Origin: Promethearchaeota archaeon
GTDB taxonomy: Archaea > Asgardarchaeota > Lokiarchaeia > Sigyniarchaeales > SOKP01
Length of the DNA stretch: 64,000 bases
NCBI GenBank assembly: GCA_019058295.1
Contig: JAHPZI010000019.1
Coordinates: 31,403 to 95,402, forward strand
Reading direction: 5' to 3'
Made by a program: the position numbers and the translations under genes. Every line of letters starts with the position of its first letter. Position 1 is the stretch's first letter. Shown here one piece after another: positions 28,661 through 37,434 of the stretch. The notes beneath the pieces were generated by a model. The model saw only the letters and a program-made list of their open reading frames with translations, was not told the DNA's origin and did not search any database.

Positions 28661-29989
28661 ATGAATACCCGTAAGGAATTTAAAATGGACCTCACATTTG
28701 AAAGATCGTTCCTTCCAACGAGGTCTTCCAACATTAAGCTTATCGCTTATGTAAAAGGAGAAATAAATGAAGATTTATTTCGAGACGCAGTTAGTAAACT
28801 GGCAACTAAACACCCATATCTCAGATCCAAGGTTGTTATAAGAGGGGATGGTTCAGCATATCTTACTACTGAAGGAGGAAAAGAACCAAAAGTTATTATA
28901 ATCCAAGATAATGAGGATGTACTCGATGCGATTTATCAAGAAGATACACAACCTTCAAACTGGGAAACAGATCCCACAAGTCGGTTTATACTTATAAAAG
29001 ATGCAAATGGTTCTGATGTAATTGTTGCATATGTTCAGCATATAATCGCAGATGGACGCTCTGTTGTTTTTGTTATGAAACACCTTTTAGAAATAATTGC
29101 CGATCCTACAAAAAAAATCGAGGAATTAACCCCAATTTCATTAGTAGAAAACGCTCCTGCAGATGTTATAATTCCAGATGTAAAGAAATCTTATGCGGAA
29201 AACATCAATAAAGCCTGGGCTAAAGAAAAAATAACATTTAGTGTTGAAGACTTTATTAGGGTAGCAAAACGGAAATATGAATCCGGACCTGATGTATTTG
29301 TTGATCATGCTTTAACTCAAGATGAAACAACTGCGTTACGAGATAAATCAAGAGAACAAGAAGTTTCCTTAAATGCAGCCCTATTAGCAGCTATTCTTCT
29401 CGCAAAAAATTTAGAGGAAACGGAACCATCACCCAACAAATTAGGTCTTGCTGTTGATGTGAGGAAATTTTTAACCAAAGATGCTGGTGAGGCTTGCAAT
29501 TTACTAGCTTCTGGTACAATGGTAGATCCAGAATACAAAGAAGGTATGGAATTTTGGAACCTTGCAAAAGATATCCACGCAAAGACTCTAACAGCTTTAG
29601 GTTCAAACCAAAATCTCTTTGCGACACGAATGATGACTAAATATATGGACCCTACTTTCAATGATGCCATGTATATGTTCCAGCAAGGTGGTTGGGAAGG
29701 GACACCTATGATAAAGAAGATGGGTGGTCAAAGAGCTCCTGTTGGAGCAGTTCTTACAAATTTAGGGGGATTGCAATTACCACCAGAATATAAGAGTAAG
29801 AATCCAATTAATTTGACTGATGCTATTTTCTACCCTCCAATAGGTATTGAAACAGTAATTGAACTGGGAGTCAGTAGTTTATTAGGAAAACTTCATATAG
29901 TTACTTTATCCCCACAAAATGCTGCCAATAGGGATTTAAAAGAAAGAGTAATTCCAAAAATCATAGAGATTTTGCGAAAAAATCTGTAA
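28661..29989 (+). CDS. Condensation-domain / alcohol acyltransferase-like CoA-dependent acyltransferase (PapA5/ATF-like)
   Basis: KHPYLR, catalytic HxxxDG (QHIIADGRS), VD.R..L and TNLG motifs. Confidence 0.85.
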   Translation: MNTRKEFKMDLTFERSFLPTRSSNIKLIAYVKGEINEDLFRDAVSKLATKHPYLRSKVVIRGDGSAYLTTEGGKEPKVIIIQDNEDVLDAIYQEDTQPSNWETDPTSRFILIKDANGSDVIVAYVQHIIADGRSVVFVMKHLLEIIADPTKKIEELTPISLVENAPADVIIPDVKKSYAENINKAWAKEKITFSVEDFIRVAKRKYESGPDVFVDHALTQDETTALRDKSREQEVSLNAALLAAILLAKNLEETEPSPNKLGLAVDVRKFLTKDAGEACNLLASGTMVDPEYKEGMEFWNLAKDIHAKTLTALGSNQNLFATRMMTKYMDPTFNDAMYMFQQGGWEGTPMIKKMGGQRAPVGAVLTNLGGLQLPPEYKSKNPINLTDAIFYPPIGIETVIELGVSSLLGKLHIVTLSPQNAANRDLKERVIPKIIEILRKNL

Positions 29990-30005
29990 ATTCATTTATT
30001 TCTTT

Positions 30006-30530
30006 TTAGTTTTGGTTCTTTATTATGAATCTTAAAATACATTCATTATCGCCATCGGGAAATCTTTTTACAGCAATTTCCTCCCCCTCAATACCCAAAG
30101 CGTCTAACCACCCAAGGTGTCGCTGCATACAGGCACAAATATATTCATTTTCCTTTTTAGATTTTTTAACTTCTTCCCAAATGAAGCACTTTTTAACAAC
30201 ACCGTCCCCTTCTTTATCAGAATGAACCACGAACTTAAATTTCATGATTTTCGGGATGATGACATCCATAAAGGTATTTATTATTTTAAAAAGTTCAGGG
30301 ATTGTTTTTATTGTTCCTTTTTTAACGCCTAGAGCGTTCATGATATGTTTTGCTTCGATTTTTCCCATAGAAAAAATAACTTTTTGGTTTAATCCATTAG
30401 CTCTCTCAATCCCTAATTCTCGTTTCGACTTCAAGAACCATTGTCCATCGTGTTGAGCCCAGCACATCTGCAGGATGAACTTTTGGGTTGCTAAATTTAT
30501 GTCATACTTATCTTTTATTATTTGCGTCAT
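30006..30530 (-). CDS. DUF6125 / V4R-like ligand-binding protein
   Basis: W..HDGQWF, a conserved Cys set, and a C-terminal GDNECILRF. Confidence 0.7.
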   Translation of the reverse strand: MTQIIKDKYDINLATQKFILQMCWAQHDGQWFLKSKRELGIERANGLNQKVIFSMGKIEAKHIMNALGVKKGTIKTIPELFKIINTFMDVIIPKIMKFKFVVHSDKEGDGVVKKCFIWEEVKKSKKENEYICACMQRHLGWLDALGIEGEEIAVKRFPDGDNECILRFIIKNQN

Positions 30531-30606
30531 TAAATTTCACTTAATTTTTAATCTGTGTTGTTACAAAAAACAATAACTAACCTCCAATGAGGATTTATGA
30601 ATATAT

Positions 30607-30891
30607 TCAAAAACTCATTGTATCATAGGGAATATCATTTTTTTCTAACCATTCCTTAAACTCAACATCTGATTTAAACTGTTGTTTAATCAAATTTAAT
30701 AAAATGATGGAGACATCTTCAGCTTTAATAGTTAACCAATATTCATTATCAAAATCTCCATATAGATCTTTAAGATATTCGCCGCAGTCATAACCGCTTA
30801 AAACTAGGTCCCCCTTCTCATTTATTTCTGCGGTTAAAGTATGGTGTTCATCTTTTCCCCTTCTATAATCATAAATAGTTATCTTTTTCAT
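30607..30891 (-). CDS. Hypothetical protein
   Basis: Compact ORF (GDL.L.G.D.G....G..D.EY); ATG 30891. Confidence 0.7.
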   Translation of the reverse strand: MKKITIYDYRRGKDEHHTLTAEINEKGDLVLSGYDCGEYLKDLYGDFDNEYWLTIKAEDVSIILLNLIKQQFKSDVEFKEWLEKNDIPYDTMSF

Positions 30892-30968
30892 AGCAAAAAT
30901 TTTCAATTATTAAAGTTTCTCTAAAGATTTTATGTTAATAAAAAATAAAAAAAAAAAAGATATTAATA

Positions 30969-31538
30969 TTAAGGTTTTTTTAACCAATATCTAAGATATA
31001 TTAAAACAATCACTACCATTGGAATGCCCACTATTATCACCAACCACCCTAGCGTTAGGAGATATGCGTATACCCAGTAGCTGTAAGGTTTATTGCCAAA
31101 AGGAGTAAAATAATTTCCATCAATTGCTATATAAATGCAATAGGCGATAAACATAAATATTCCACAGCCACTACCTCCTATTGCTTTTTTCTTTTTTGAA
31201 TTCTCGTCTTTGAACTTAGTTCGTTCATTAGTAGGTAATTTTTGCCACCAGAGATACCCTCCTAAGCCAAAAATTAATGCCGCGGGTATTCCAACAAATA
31301 ATAGTTCCCATAAAATCAGGATAATGATGAAACTTACTACCCAATTCAAACTCCATTCATCAAAAGTCGCTGTTCCGTAATTTCCAATGGGAGACGTTTG
31401 AATATGCCAAATTAGGACGATCACTGCAATTATACAAAGAATTACAATTGCTATTACAAAAAAGAATAGAGCTTTCCAATGTTTTTTAATCATATCTTTC
31501 CAAAATTGTTCATCAGTCATTTTCTGCTCGTTTTCCAT
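30969..31538 (-). CDS. 4-TM membrane protein of unknown function
   Basis: Hydrophobic segments with normal start and stop context. Confidence 0.75.
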   Translation of the reverse strand: MENEQKMTDEQFWKDMIKKHWKALFFFVIAIVILCIIAVIVLIWHIQTSPIGNYGTATFDEWSLNWVVSFIIILILWELLFVGIPAALIFGLGGYLWWQKLPTNERTKFKDENSKKKKAIGGSGCGIFMFIAYCIYIAIDGNYFTPFGNKPYSYWVYAYLLTLGWLVIIVGIPMVVIVLIYLRYWLKKP

Positions 31539-31673
31539 ATTAATCTTTTATTACTTTCTTATTTTTTTGGTATTTTTTTTTACTTTTATCCTTATTATTT
31601 ATATTTTAAAAATAGTTTGACAGAAATTATACCATCGAATTACGATGCTTTTAAGGGAGAATACTAAGATTTA

Positions 31674-32429
31674 TTATATCAGATCTTTTAATGCAAGAAT
31701 CAAAACCATCGTAAAAATACCAGCAACTATTAAAATCAATTGTCTGATACTATATTTTGCCCCCAATTTCCGATGTAGTTCAGGAGTTAAATCAGATAAT
31801 GCTATATACAAAAAACTTGCTGCCGAAATTGCTAGTACATAAGGGATGACAAGAGATATCTCATCTAAAATAAAATAACTTATAATCGCAGCAGGAATCG
31901 TAGTTGATCCTGATAAACTATTGTAAATAAAGGCTTTTTTCTTTGAATAGTTTTTATCAATTAAGATTCCAAGATCTCCTACTTCTTGTGGAATTTCGTG
32001 TACAATTACAGAAAGACTAACGGCGATTCCAATTGTAAAATCAATTAGAAATGCAGCGGCTATCACAATCCCATCAACAAGATTGTGAAACGCATCTCCA
32101 AAAATAATGATTGGTCCCGCTGCAGATTCTGTGACTTCACATTCAACTTGATGGCAATGACGCCAGATTATTAGTTTTTCTAAGATGAAAAAAAACATTA
32201 ATCCAATTAGGATCATCGGTAAAACTAAATTAAGGTTATATCCTGACCGTATAATCGCTGTGGGGATCATTCCTAAAAATGCTGCTGCTAATAACGTCCC
32301 TGTCGCATATGCTACTAAACATGGAATAAGTTTTTCCTGATGAGCTTTTCCTAACTGAATAAAACCCATTGCTATGATTATTGCTCCAATACTGCCTAAA
32401 ATGCTAAAAAATATTATCCAGAAGAGAAT
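31674..32429 (-). CDS. ZIP family metal (Zn/Fe) transporter; N-terminus extends upstream of ATG 32369
   Basis: GDAFHNLVDG, HEIPQEVGD and SDLTPELH motifs. In-frame TM1 (ILFWIIFFSILGSIG) lies upstream of the first ATG; start provisionally ATT 32429. Confidence 0.9.
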   Translation of the reverse strand: MLFWIIFFSILGSIGAIIIAMGFIQLGKAHQEKLIPCLVAYATGTLLAAAFLGMIPTAIIRSGYNLNLVLPMILIGLMFFFILEKLIIWRHCHQVECEVTESAAGPIIIFGDAFHNLVDGIVIAAAFLIDFTIGIAVSLSVIVHEIPQEVGDLGILIDKNYSKKKAFIYNSLSGSTTIPAAIISYFILDEISLVIPYVLAISAASFLYIALSDLTPELHRKLGAKYSIRQLILIVAGIFTMVLILALKDLI

Positions 32430-32475
32430 ATTGAACCAACTCTTGGATTTTTATTAGATAGATTAATTTTATAAC

Positions 32476-32562
32476 AACTAATTTATATTAAAATATATTA
32501 ACTATAAAACATATATCAACTATAAAATATAAATTAACTAGTATAAAGAAGAGAAGTAACTA
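32476..32562. promoter_or_regulatory. Array of AACTA direct repeats between divergent ZIP and HxlR genes (candidate operator)
   Basis: AACTA at 32476, 32500, 32518, 32536 and 32558; the 10-mer AACTATAAAA is exact at 32500 and 32518. Confidence 0.45.
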
Positions 32563-32584
32563 TACAATTGGAAAGCTGATATAA

Positions 32585-32923
32585 ATGAATGAAGTCAATT
32601 GTGATTGTGGGATGAATGATTGTTTTCCTGGATGTGGGTGCGAGATATTAACCTTTTTAGGAAAGAAATGGAGCGTGTATATAATAATGCATTTAATGGA
32701 AATTCAACAGCTCCGATTTAATAAGTTCCTCAATCACATGCCAAAATTAGGACCAAAAAGTCTCTCTGCCAGATTAAAAGAAGCCGAAAATCTAGAATTA
32801 ATAAATAGATCTGTTGAAACTAATAGTCCTGTAAAAGTATTGTATTCTTTAACTAAAAAAGGTATAGAACTTGGAAATTTATTAAAAAAAATGAAACATT
32901 TAGTCCATTCTTGGACAAATTAA
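32585..32923 (+). CDS. HxlR-family winged-helix transcriptional regulator with Cys-rich N-terminus
   Basis: LGKKW, RFN, LS.RLKE and P.KV.YSLT.KG motifs; N-terminal CDCGMNDCFPGCGC. Confidence 0.9.
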   Translation: MNEVNCDCGMNDCFPGCGCEILTFLGKKWSVYIIMHLMEIQQLRFNKFLNHMPKLGPKSLSARLKEAENLELINRSVETNSPVKVLYSLTKKGIELGNLLKKMKHLVHSWTN

Positions 32924-33000
32924 TCATTCCTAATAATAAATTTAAGGAGGAATGAGAATTAGTTTAAAAAAATAAAATAAATAAGATTAGAAAAATCAAA

Positions 33001-34177
33001 TTACTTTTTTGATAAATATCGAATTTTAACCATTAAATCCCGGAGTTCCATTTTATCATTATCAGCAGTTATATATTTCTTTTTAACACCTTCATCAAGT
33101 GCGAACGTTGTAATTTGATTTCCTTGGAGGGAAACCATTTTACCGAAGTCACCATTCAACACGAGTTTCATGGCAGCTAATCCAAATCGTAATCCTAGGA
33201 TTCGGTCAAATGAGTTTGGGTGTCCTGCTCTCATTGTATGTCCTAAAACAACGCTTCGTACTTCAAAATCCACACTATTCTCTTGAAATTCCTCTTTTAA
33301 ATCATCTCTTAGCTTTAATTCATCGACAAGGACTTGAGACATATTTAAAGCAGGTAATACAGGATTTCCAAACGTATCTTTTGGTAATTTATCAATTGTC
33401 TCTTGTGTAATTGTCTTAAAGTCTCGTTTAAGCGAATCTTGATCCGGATAAGCACCTTCAGAGCACGCAATAATATGATATTTATATCCTGCTTTAACTC
33501 TCTTTTTAAGAACTTCGATAACATCTCTTTCTAAACTGAACGGGGTTTCTGGGATCAAAATGATATCTGCACCACTCGAAATTCCACTATACATCGTAAG
33601 AAATCCAGCATCACGTCCCATAACTTCTACAATAAAAACTCTTTGATGTGATCGTGCGGTGGTTGTTAAATTATCCATTGCATCCGATGCTAATTGAACT
33701 GCGCTCCAAAATCCAAAAGTGTAATGGGTTCCTGCTAGATCATTATCAATCGTTTTTGGGCAGCCAACGACCTTCGCATTTGCATGTTTATACATCAAAT
33801 CTGCCACTCCTAATGTATCATCACCCCCTATGCATATTAGAGCATCGATTCCTAACTCATCAAACTTAGCAGCCAATTCTTTTGCTCTTTTTTCTTTTGA
33901 TTCAACACCTTTAAAAGGATTAGTTCTGCTTGTATAGAGAATAGTACCACCTATGGTATGAAGGTCATCATGGTCAGCAATGTTAAGTGGTATTGTCAGA
34001 TTTTCTAAAAATCCTTTCCATCCTTTAAGAATTCCAACACATTCAACACCGGCATCAAATGCTTTAAGCATGATACCATATAATACAGAATTTAAACCGG
34101 GGCAGTATACGGCAGTCAAGGAAAATCTTGAGCATGGCTCCGCCGCCCGTCAAAATACCAACTTTTTTAATTGTCAT
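33001..34177 (-). CDS. pfp: PPi-dependent 6-phosphofructokinase (PfkA family), two exons: join(34177..34138, 34106..33001), 381 aa
   Basis: Exon 1 MTIKKVGILTGGG plus spliced D plus CPGLN restores TGGGDCPGLN. GGDDT and PKTIDND are the PPi-type signature; MGR is also present. Confidence 0.9.
34107..34137 (-). other. Putative 31-nt bulge-helix-bulge mRNA intron in pfp
   Basis: Removing CCAUGCUCAAGAUUUUCCUUGACUGCCGUAU restores the frame and the conserved Asp. Boundaries fall in 3-nt bulges AG|C and AU|A flanking the 4-bp helix GCGG/CCGU. Confidence 0.8.
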
Positions 34178-34268
34178 TTAAATTTCACTTTTTAACAATT
34201 ATTCAATATAGATTGATTAACCATTTTCGATTAAAAATATTTTGAAAAAGTCTTATTTTATTGTTTAT

Positions 34269-34835
34269 CTATTTTAAATTTTCAATTTTTTCAAAAGTAT
34301 ATTTTGAACTATCTTCGGGGATTATATAACTCCCTCCGCTAAGATCAGCAATTTTTAAAGTAAATTCAAGTTGTCCTTTCATGGCTTTTTGTAAATCTTT
34401 TAAAGTATCTTTTATTTCGCTTTTTTCTGGATTACCATCTTCAAGATTATTTAGATAGATTGAAATAGCTCGCTCAAATCTGAGTAATATTCCTTCTACA
34501 TTAGTATAATAAAATTCAGCACTCGGTCCAGGTTCTACTTTTAAATCCAATTCAGATATTTCTAAATTTCCTGTCGGAGAACGATATATTTTAGATTTTA
34601 GATCGTTTTCTTCAGTGATTTTTAAAGTTATAATACCAGCATCCATTCTAGTAGTTAAAGGTATAATATCATTATTTTCAAAATCACATCTATTACATTT
34701 AAATTTTAAAAATAGCATTTTATCCTTATCTGGAAGGTCGTATATAATCTGATTAATTAAAATGTCGCCATCTTTACATGCTGGACATTTAAAATTCGTA
34801 ACTTTTTCCTCTGTATTTTTCTTCTTTTCTTGCAT
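34269..34835 (-). CDS. zpr1: ZPR1-like zinc finger protein
   Basis: CPAC...C..C, DL...I.RS, L.VEPGP, TNVEGIL.R and D.SG.SYI motifs. Confidence 0.9.
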   Translation of the reverse strand: MQEKKKNTEEKVTNFKCPACKDGDILINQIIYDLPDKDKMLFLKFKCNRCDFENNDIIPLTTRMDAGIITLKITEENDLKSKIYRSPTGNLEISELDLKVEPGPSAEFYYTNVEGILLRFERAISIYLNNLEDGNPEKSEIKDTLKDLQKAMKGQLEFTLKIADLSGGSYIIPEDSSKYTFEKIENLK

Positions 34836-35248
34836 TGTGAAAAATTAAAGTCTTAGTTATGTAAACAAAGGATAATATGTTATTATTTTTTTTTTATAAT
34901 CAAAAAAATTTATTCTTTTATAGTCAATTTAATATCTATAAGGTTTTTAAAGTATTAATTTAATAACTTTATCCGAAAATTTTTAATAGTATCCGCTTTT
35001 TAAAATAGATAATACTGCATTAATACTTTTCTAAAGGAATAATATAAAGTTGGGAAATTATGCGAGATACGGAAAAAAAAAATTATTTATTAATTCCAAA
35101 CTCTATATTATCGTTATTTATTGTACTATTAGTAGTATTAGTAATCTTAATTTTATAACGCAAACAATAAAAACTTTCTTCTCTGCGTTTTTGTTGGTTG
35201 CTTAGACATTAATTATATAATTATCAAGAAGAAAAAAGTTGGAAAAAA

Positions 35249-35824
35249 TTGACGGAAGGCACTATAATTGAAATAACATTTCATGGCCGTGGAGGTCAGA
35301 CTGCAATTACTGCAAGTCAATTACTTGCTGAAATGGCTTATGAAAAGGGATTTAAAGATACAATCGCAATCCCCATTATTGGCGCTGAGCGAAGAGGGGC
35401 CCCGATCCAAGCATTTACTAAAATTTCGAAGGATAAACCAATTAGAACTTACGATAGTGTTAAAGAACCCGATTATATGTTTATATTTGACACGTCTTTA
35501 TTGGATATTCCTAGAATAAGGGACTCTATTAAGGAAGGGGTTACGCTTATCGCAGATAGCGTAGATTCTATTGATAAGAGCAAATTGCCTAAAGATGTAA
35601 AAGTCTACATAGTAGATGCTACCGGGATTTGTATTAATAGAAGTTTTATGCATTCTAGTGGTCCAATTTTAAATATCCCGATGTTAGGAGCATTTGGAAA
35701 GGTTTCAGGATATTATGATTTAGAAGTAATGGAAAAAGTACTAAAAAAGAATTTTGGAGAAAGTAAATTAGAAAAAAATATGAATGTTGCACAGGATGCA
35801 TACGAAACGGTAAAGGAGGTATGA
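35249..35824 (+). CDS. porG: 2-oxoacid:ferredoxin oxidoreductase gamma subunit (POR/VOR type)
   Basis: HGRGGQ, GAERRGAP and N.PMLGA motifs. Confidence 0.93.
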   Translation: MTEGTIIEITFHGRGGQTAITASQLLAEMAYEKGFKDTIAIPIIGAERRGAPIQAFTKISKDKPIRTYDSVKEPDYMFIFDTSLLDIPRIRDSIKEGVTLIADSVDSIDKSKLPKDVKVYIVDATGICINRSFMHSSGPILNIPMLGAFGKVSGYYDLEVMEKVLKKNFGESKLEKNMNVAQDAYETVKEV

Positions 35825-35828
35825 AATA

Positions 35829-36176
35829 ATGTCTGATACAGAGAAATGGAAAAAAATAAATAAATCGAAGGAAGAACGTCCAAAAGTTCAAGAGTATAAG
35901 AATTGGAAAGAGTTATCTCCAATCCCTATATCCTTACCAATTGATGGTTCTATAGGAAACACAGGTGATTGGAGAACTTTTAGACCTGTAATCAATCAAG
36001 AAGGATGTAATAAATGTGGAATTTGTTGGATGTATTGTCCCGAAGGAACGATAAGGAAACGTGAAGATGGTTCCTTTGAAGTTGATTTAATTTATTGTAA
36101 AGGTTGTGGGATCTGCGCAAAAGAATGTCCTACTAATAATATTGAAATGGTAAGGGAGAGTGATATTAAAAAATGA
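35829..36176 (+). CDS. porD: 2-oxoacid:ferredoxin oxidoreductase delta subunit (2x[4Fe-4S])
   Basis: TGDWR..RP, CNKCGICWMYCPE and YCKGCGICAKECP. Confidence 0.95.
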   Translation: MSDTEKWKKINKSKEERPKVQEYKNWKELSPIPISLPIDGSIGNTGDWRTFRPVINQEGCNKCGICWMYCPEGTIRKREDGSFEVDLIYCKGCGICAKECPTNNIEMVRESDIKK

Positions 36177-37432
36177 CTAAAGTTGAATTAACTGATTTTG
36201 TACAGAATAAGGAAACACAGATTATTAAAGGAAATGTTGCGGCTGCAAATGCAGCAAAATCTGCAAGGGTACAAGTTATTTCTGCTTACCCGATTACGCC
36301 TCAAACAACAGTAGTAGAAAAGTTGTCTGAATTTGTTGATGGAGGATACATGCCAGGAACACAATTTATTAAAATGGAAAGTGAGCATTCTGTTATGGCG
36401 GCTACAGTTGGCGCTAGTATGGCAGGAACTCGGACTTTCACAGCCACATGTGGACAGGGACTTTTTTATATGTATGAAATGATTCATTGGGCAGCAGGAG
36501 TTAGGTTGCCAATAGTAACAGCAATTGTTTCGAGAGGAACAGCACCACCTTGGAATATCTGGGCAGATTTTTCAGATGTTATTAGTTGTCGAGATACTGG
36601 ATGGATGAGTTCTTTCTGTGCCACTCATCAAGAAATTTATGATGAGATCCTGATGTCCTACAAAGTATGTGAAGATTATGATGTCCTCTTACCCAAATTT
36701 GTAGCTTATGGAGGTTTCATATTATCTCATACATCTAAACCAGTTATAATTGAAGACCAAGATAAGGTTGATGGTTATTTACCTGCTCTTCCGGATGAGA
36801 AAGGTTGGCCTCACATCTGGATAGATCCTGAAAGACCTCTTATGCATGGAAATCTCATAATGCCTTCTGGTTTTTATTCTGAATTTCGGATGAAATTGCA
36901 TATTGCTCTATTGGAATCTAAAGAGAAAATTAAAAATGCTGCAAAGGAATTTGAAAAAGTGTTCGGGAGAAGCTATGGAAATGGGTTAATTCAAGAATAT
37001 AATATGGATAATGCTGAAGTAGCAATGCTGGCCTATGGAGATTTAGCTCTACAAATGGAAGAGGCTGTAGACCAAGTTAGAGAAGAAGGATATAAAGTTG
37101 GAATGGTTAAATTGAGGCATTTTAGACCCTTTCCAACAGAAGAAATTATAAAGCTCGGTAAAAAGGTAAAAGTGCTCGGAGTGATTGATCGAGGTATAGC
37201 ATTTGGTTCTCAGACAGGAGGTCCAGTTTCTTGTGAAGTTAAAACTGCATTACATGAAACTGAGGGGACAGCAAAAGTGTTCCCCATGATGAATGGAATT
37301 GGAGGAAGAGAAGTATCACTTGAACAACAAAAGAATCAATTAAAGCTTTTGGTTAAATTTAACGAAACTGGAGAACTCCCAAAGGACATGATTTATGGAA
37401 CTTATTGGGATGGTTTATTGGAGGTGGAATAA
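36173..37432 (+). CDS. porA: 2-oxoacid:ferredoxin oxidoreductase alpha subunit
   Basis: AYPITPQT, ESEHS and FRPFP motifs. Confidence 0.95.
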   Translation: MTKVELTDFVQNKETQIIKGNVAAANAAKSARVQVISAYPITPQTTVVEKLSEFVDGGYMPGTQFIKMESEHSVMAATVGASMAGTRTFTATCGQGLFYMYEMIHWAAGVRLPIVTAIVSRGTAPPWNIWADFSDVISCRDTGWMSSFCATHQEIYDEILMSYKVCEDYDVLLPKFVAYGGFILSHTSKPVIIEDQDKVDGYLPALPDEKGWPHIWIDPERPLMHGNLIMPSGFYSEFRMKLHIALLESKEKIKNAAKEFEKVFGRSYGNGLIQEYNMDNAEVAMLAYGDLALQMEEAVDQVREEGYKVGMVKLRHFRPFPTEEIIKLGKKVKVLGVIDRGIAFGSQTGGPVSCEVKTALHETEGTAKVFPMMNGIGGREVSLEQQKNQLKLLVKFNETGELPKDMIYGTYWDGLLEVE

Positions 37433-37434
37433 AA

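Noticed and set aside
34105-34119. ORF-track start of PFK at TTG 34119 (MTAVYCPG)
   Set aside because: It lies inside the proposed intron and would delete the first beta-strand and the GGGD motif. The true N-terminus is at ATG 34177.
34836-35248. Long intergenic region with a weak AACGCA/TGCGTT hairpin before the oxidoreductase operon
   Set aside because: Consistent with divergent promoters; no convincing riboswitch or ncRNA structure.
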